64,000 nt of DNA, taken from the NCBI GenBank assembly GCA_963699755.1, contig CAVOVB010000003.1, positions 192,001 to 256,000 of the forward strand, given 5' to 3'. A program made the position numbers and the translations under genes. The stretch comes from an uncultured delta proteobacterium. GTDB taxonomy: Bacteria > Myxococcota_A > Polyangia > Polyangiales > Houyiibacteriaceae. Position 1 is the first letter of the stretch. The number at the start of each line of letters is the position of its first letter. Below the pieces are notes generated by a model. It saw only the letters and a list, made by a program, of their open reading frames with translations. It did not search any database and was not told the origin of the DNA. Shown here in pieces: positions 62,034-64,000 of this stretch.

Positions 62034-62663
62034 CTAGTCGGACGGCCTGACAGGAAAGCGGGTCGTGAATCCGCGCAGCTCAGCACTGATGCAATCGGTC
62101 GGCACCTCGACATCGCCGAGGACAAGAGAGATCTGCTCGAGTGCGAGGGCGAGCTCGACTTCGCTGGCGCCCTCCATCGCTGAGGTCGCGGTCGTTGCGG
62201 GGTCTAGCTCGATGCGATGCGGGCCCGCGACTCCGTTCTGGTCGGTGTCGAGCGTGAGGTCGAGGTCGTTGACCCCGTTCGTCAAGGAAGCTTCGAGCAT
62301 CGAAGGGGTCGCGCCATCGAGCGAGGTCGTGATCTCAATCGAATTGACGTCGATGACGTCGAATCCATCGTCGATCAAGGCGAGTGACGCGACTTCGTCG
62401 AAGATCACCGAAGCGGAAAAGGTCAGGTCGACTGAGGTGGCTACGGTGTACGGAGCGCTCAGCAGGTAGGCAAGCTCGATGGTAATGTCGAGAAGCAAGG
62501 GATCGCGGTCGACGGTATCGATCGTACAGCGCAGGGTATAAGAGCCTTCTTGCATCAAAGCGCTTCCGCCGCTTCCGCCAGCCCCGTGTGCTTCGCCATT
62601 GTCGTCGGCGCAGCTCCAGAGCACCGCAAGCAGGAGCAACGAACCATGACCGAGAAGCCTCAT
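62034..62663 (-). CDS. Hypothetical lipoprotein, beta-rich single domain
   Basis: Lipobox LWSC, Gly linker, two Cys bracketing a ~170-aa domain. Confidence 0.65.
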   Translation of the reverse strand: MRLLGHGSLLLLAVLWSCADDNGEAHGAGGSGGSALMQEGSYTLRCTIDTVDRDPLLLDITIELAYLLSAPYTVATSVDLTFSASVIFDEVASLALIDDGFDVIDVNSIEITTSLDGATPSMLEASLTNGVNDLDLTLDTDQNGVAGPHRIELDPATTATSAMEGASEVELALALEQISLVLGDVEVPTDCISAELRGFTTRFPVRPSD

Positions 62664-62778
62664 CGCGCCGAGCTTGGCGCGCCGCGGGCCGGTCAGCAAT
62701 GTCACCGGCGAGGAACCTCATGACCGTTTCTGGCGATCCCAGGCGTCGGCACCGGTCGTCGCACCCTGTCGGAGGGTG

Positions 62779-62872
62779 TGTGAGCCTGCTCACAGAAGCC
62801 GCACAAACCGAGAACGCGCCCCGAGAAGGCATCGAGTTTGAATTGATCTGAGGTGCCGATGCGAGGTAGGTT
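62779..62872 (+). promoter_or_regulatory. Perfect CRP-type box TGTGA-GCCTGC-TCACA with putative promoter TTGATC-N18-TAGGTT
   Basis: Box 62779-62794, -35 at 62843-62848, -10 at 62867-62872. Confidence 0.7.
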
Positions 62873-62923
62873 CCTCGCCTCCCGTCTCTTGAAACTTGGG
62901 CACTGCCCTGCCCACTGAAATTG

Positions 62924-64000
62924 ATGTCGCAAAACTCCTTCATTCGAATGGTAGTGCTGTCCTCTGCCGCATTGTGCGCGGCATGTGACGGTGGCGGCCC
63001 CGCAACGTCAGCCACGGACGCCTCCGACGAGACCGAGATCAATCTCGTCATTTCTGATCCAGCGACGGCAGCGGAAGATCTCGCGATGCTGATCGATTTC
63101 GTGAGCTACCGGATCAGCTGTCCAGCAAGCGGCGAGACCCCTTACGACGACTCGGTCGACATCAGCGGGGTCTTTGAAAGCCATCTGGATCAAAACCCGG
63201 CGGTTTGGACATTGGTTTCAGACCTTCCGCTTTCGCAGTGCACGATCGCGCTCTGGGTCTTCTACGAGGACGAGGTCGTCTGCTCGGGGAGTCAAGCGCT
63301 GCTCATCGCGGAGAACGAACCCTCGGCGCCCAACAAAATCAACATCGACCTCGAGTGCAGTCTCAGCGTGATCCCGCCGTCGGGCGACCTGGACATCGAC
63401 AGCTCGTTCAACCTGGTACACGGCAACTACTGCCCACAGCTCTTTTGGCTGGGCGCGTATCCATCACCCGACCCGACGGTGATGAACGTCCAGACTTCGT
63501 ACATCGACCTCGACGGCACCTGTGGTCAGAACTGCGATCCGACGATCTGCGATTTCACCGCGAACCCTCCGGTCTGTAACCCGGCTCCGGACCCCGGCCT
63601 GTCCAGCACACTCACCGCGCCGGCTGGCAATGGCAGCTTCGGTGACGTCACCGCGACCGACACGACCTATGCCTGCGACCCGCTCTTGCCAGGTCCAACC
63701 GAGATCTGCGTCTTGGTGAGCGACGGGGACAACGACTGTGACCGGATGCGCTGCATCACCATCGAATGCCCAGACCTGTGTGAAGGCGTGGACTGCAGCG
63801 ATGGAAACGAATGCACGCGGGACCTCTGTAACCCGCTCGACGGCTCGTGCAGCAACGTCGACGCGCCCGACGGGATTGCGTGCAATGCTTGCAACGACAC
63901 CTGTCAGTCGGGTGCGTGCGACCCGGGCGTGCCGTTCACTGCGGTTCAGACGGGCGATGACATGATCCTCAGTTCCACCCAGCAGCAGTACAGCGCCACC
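62924..64000 (+). CDS. Modular lipoprotein, type B-related N-module, partial (runs off window end)
   Basis: Manual translation MSQNSFIRMVVLSSAALCAAC...TEINLVI...VSYRISC...GDLDIDSSFNLVHGNYCPQLF...CGQNCDPTIC...PDPGLSST...SDGDNDCD...CSDGNECTRDLC; open to the window end. Confidence 0.8.
   Translation, partial: MSQNSFIRMVVLSSAALCAACDGGGPATSATDASDETEINLVISDPATAAEDLAMLIDFVSYRISCPASGETPYDDSVDISGVFESHLDQNPAVWTLVSDLPLSQCTIALWVFYEDEVVCSGSQALLIAENEPSAPNKINIDLECSLSVIPPSGDLDIDSSFNLVHGNYCPQLFWLGAYPSPDPTVMNVQTSYIDLDGTCGQNCDPTICDFTANPPVCNPAPDPGLSSTLTAPAGNGSFGDVTATDTTYACDPLLPGPTEICVLVSDGDNDCDRMRCITIECPDLCEGVDCSDGNECTRDLCNPLDGSCSNVDAPDGIACNACNDTCQSGACDPGVPFTAVQTGDDMILSSTQQQYSAT

Overview
GC-rich (roughly 65% by eye) bacterial chromosome segment, most consistent with Myxococcota (many Cys-rich and Gly-linker lipoproteins, a MYXO-CTERM-like tail); the taxon is inferred. 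I see no rRNA, tRNA, CRISPR array, integrase or transposase. The left part (2.1-13.4 kb) holds an rnfB-[1660-aa PFOR-like]-rnfCDGEA-small Cys protein-FNR operon, abutting a decayed SBBP-type gene. The middle holds mixed genes: DUF3604/HupE/PPIase trio, pepN, DUF294 plus exonuclease pair, lipid/steroid-family enzymes, GST/pirin/LysR. The most striking element is at 35.4 kb and 44-64 kb: a family of modular secreted lipoproteins built from related N-terminal domains, Cys-rich or Gly-rich linkers, and an unrecognised ~180-aa C-terminal domain present in 6 copies. Two of the genes share a ~939-bp apparently identical block and three share a 3' double hairpin. Five members have a TGTGA-N6-TCACA (CRP/FNR-type) box upstream, in four cases at near-constant spacing from a sigma70-like promoter. 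This looks like a co-regulated, possibly recombining surface adhesin/filament system (inference). Many starts were re-called from the ORF track using RBS and gene-overlap evidence.
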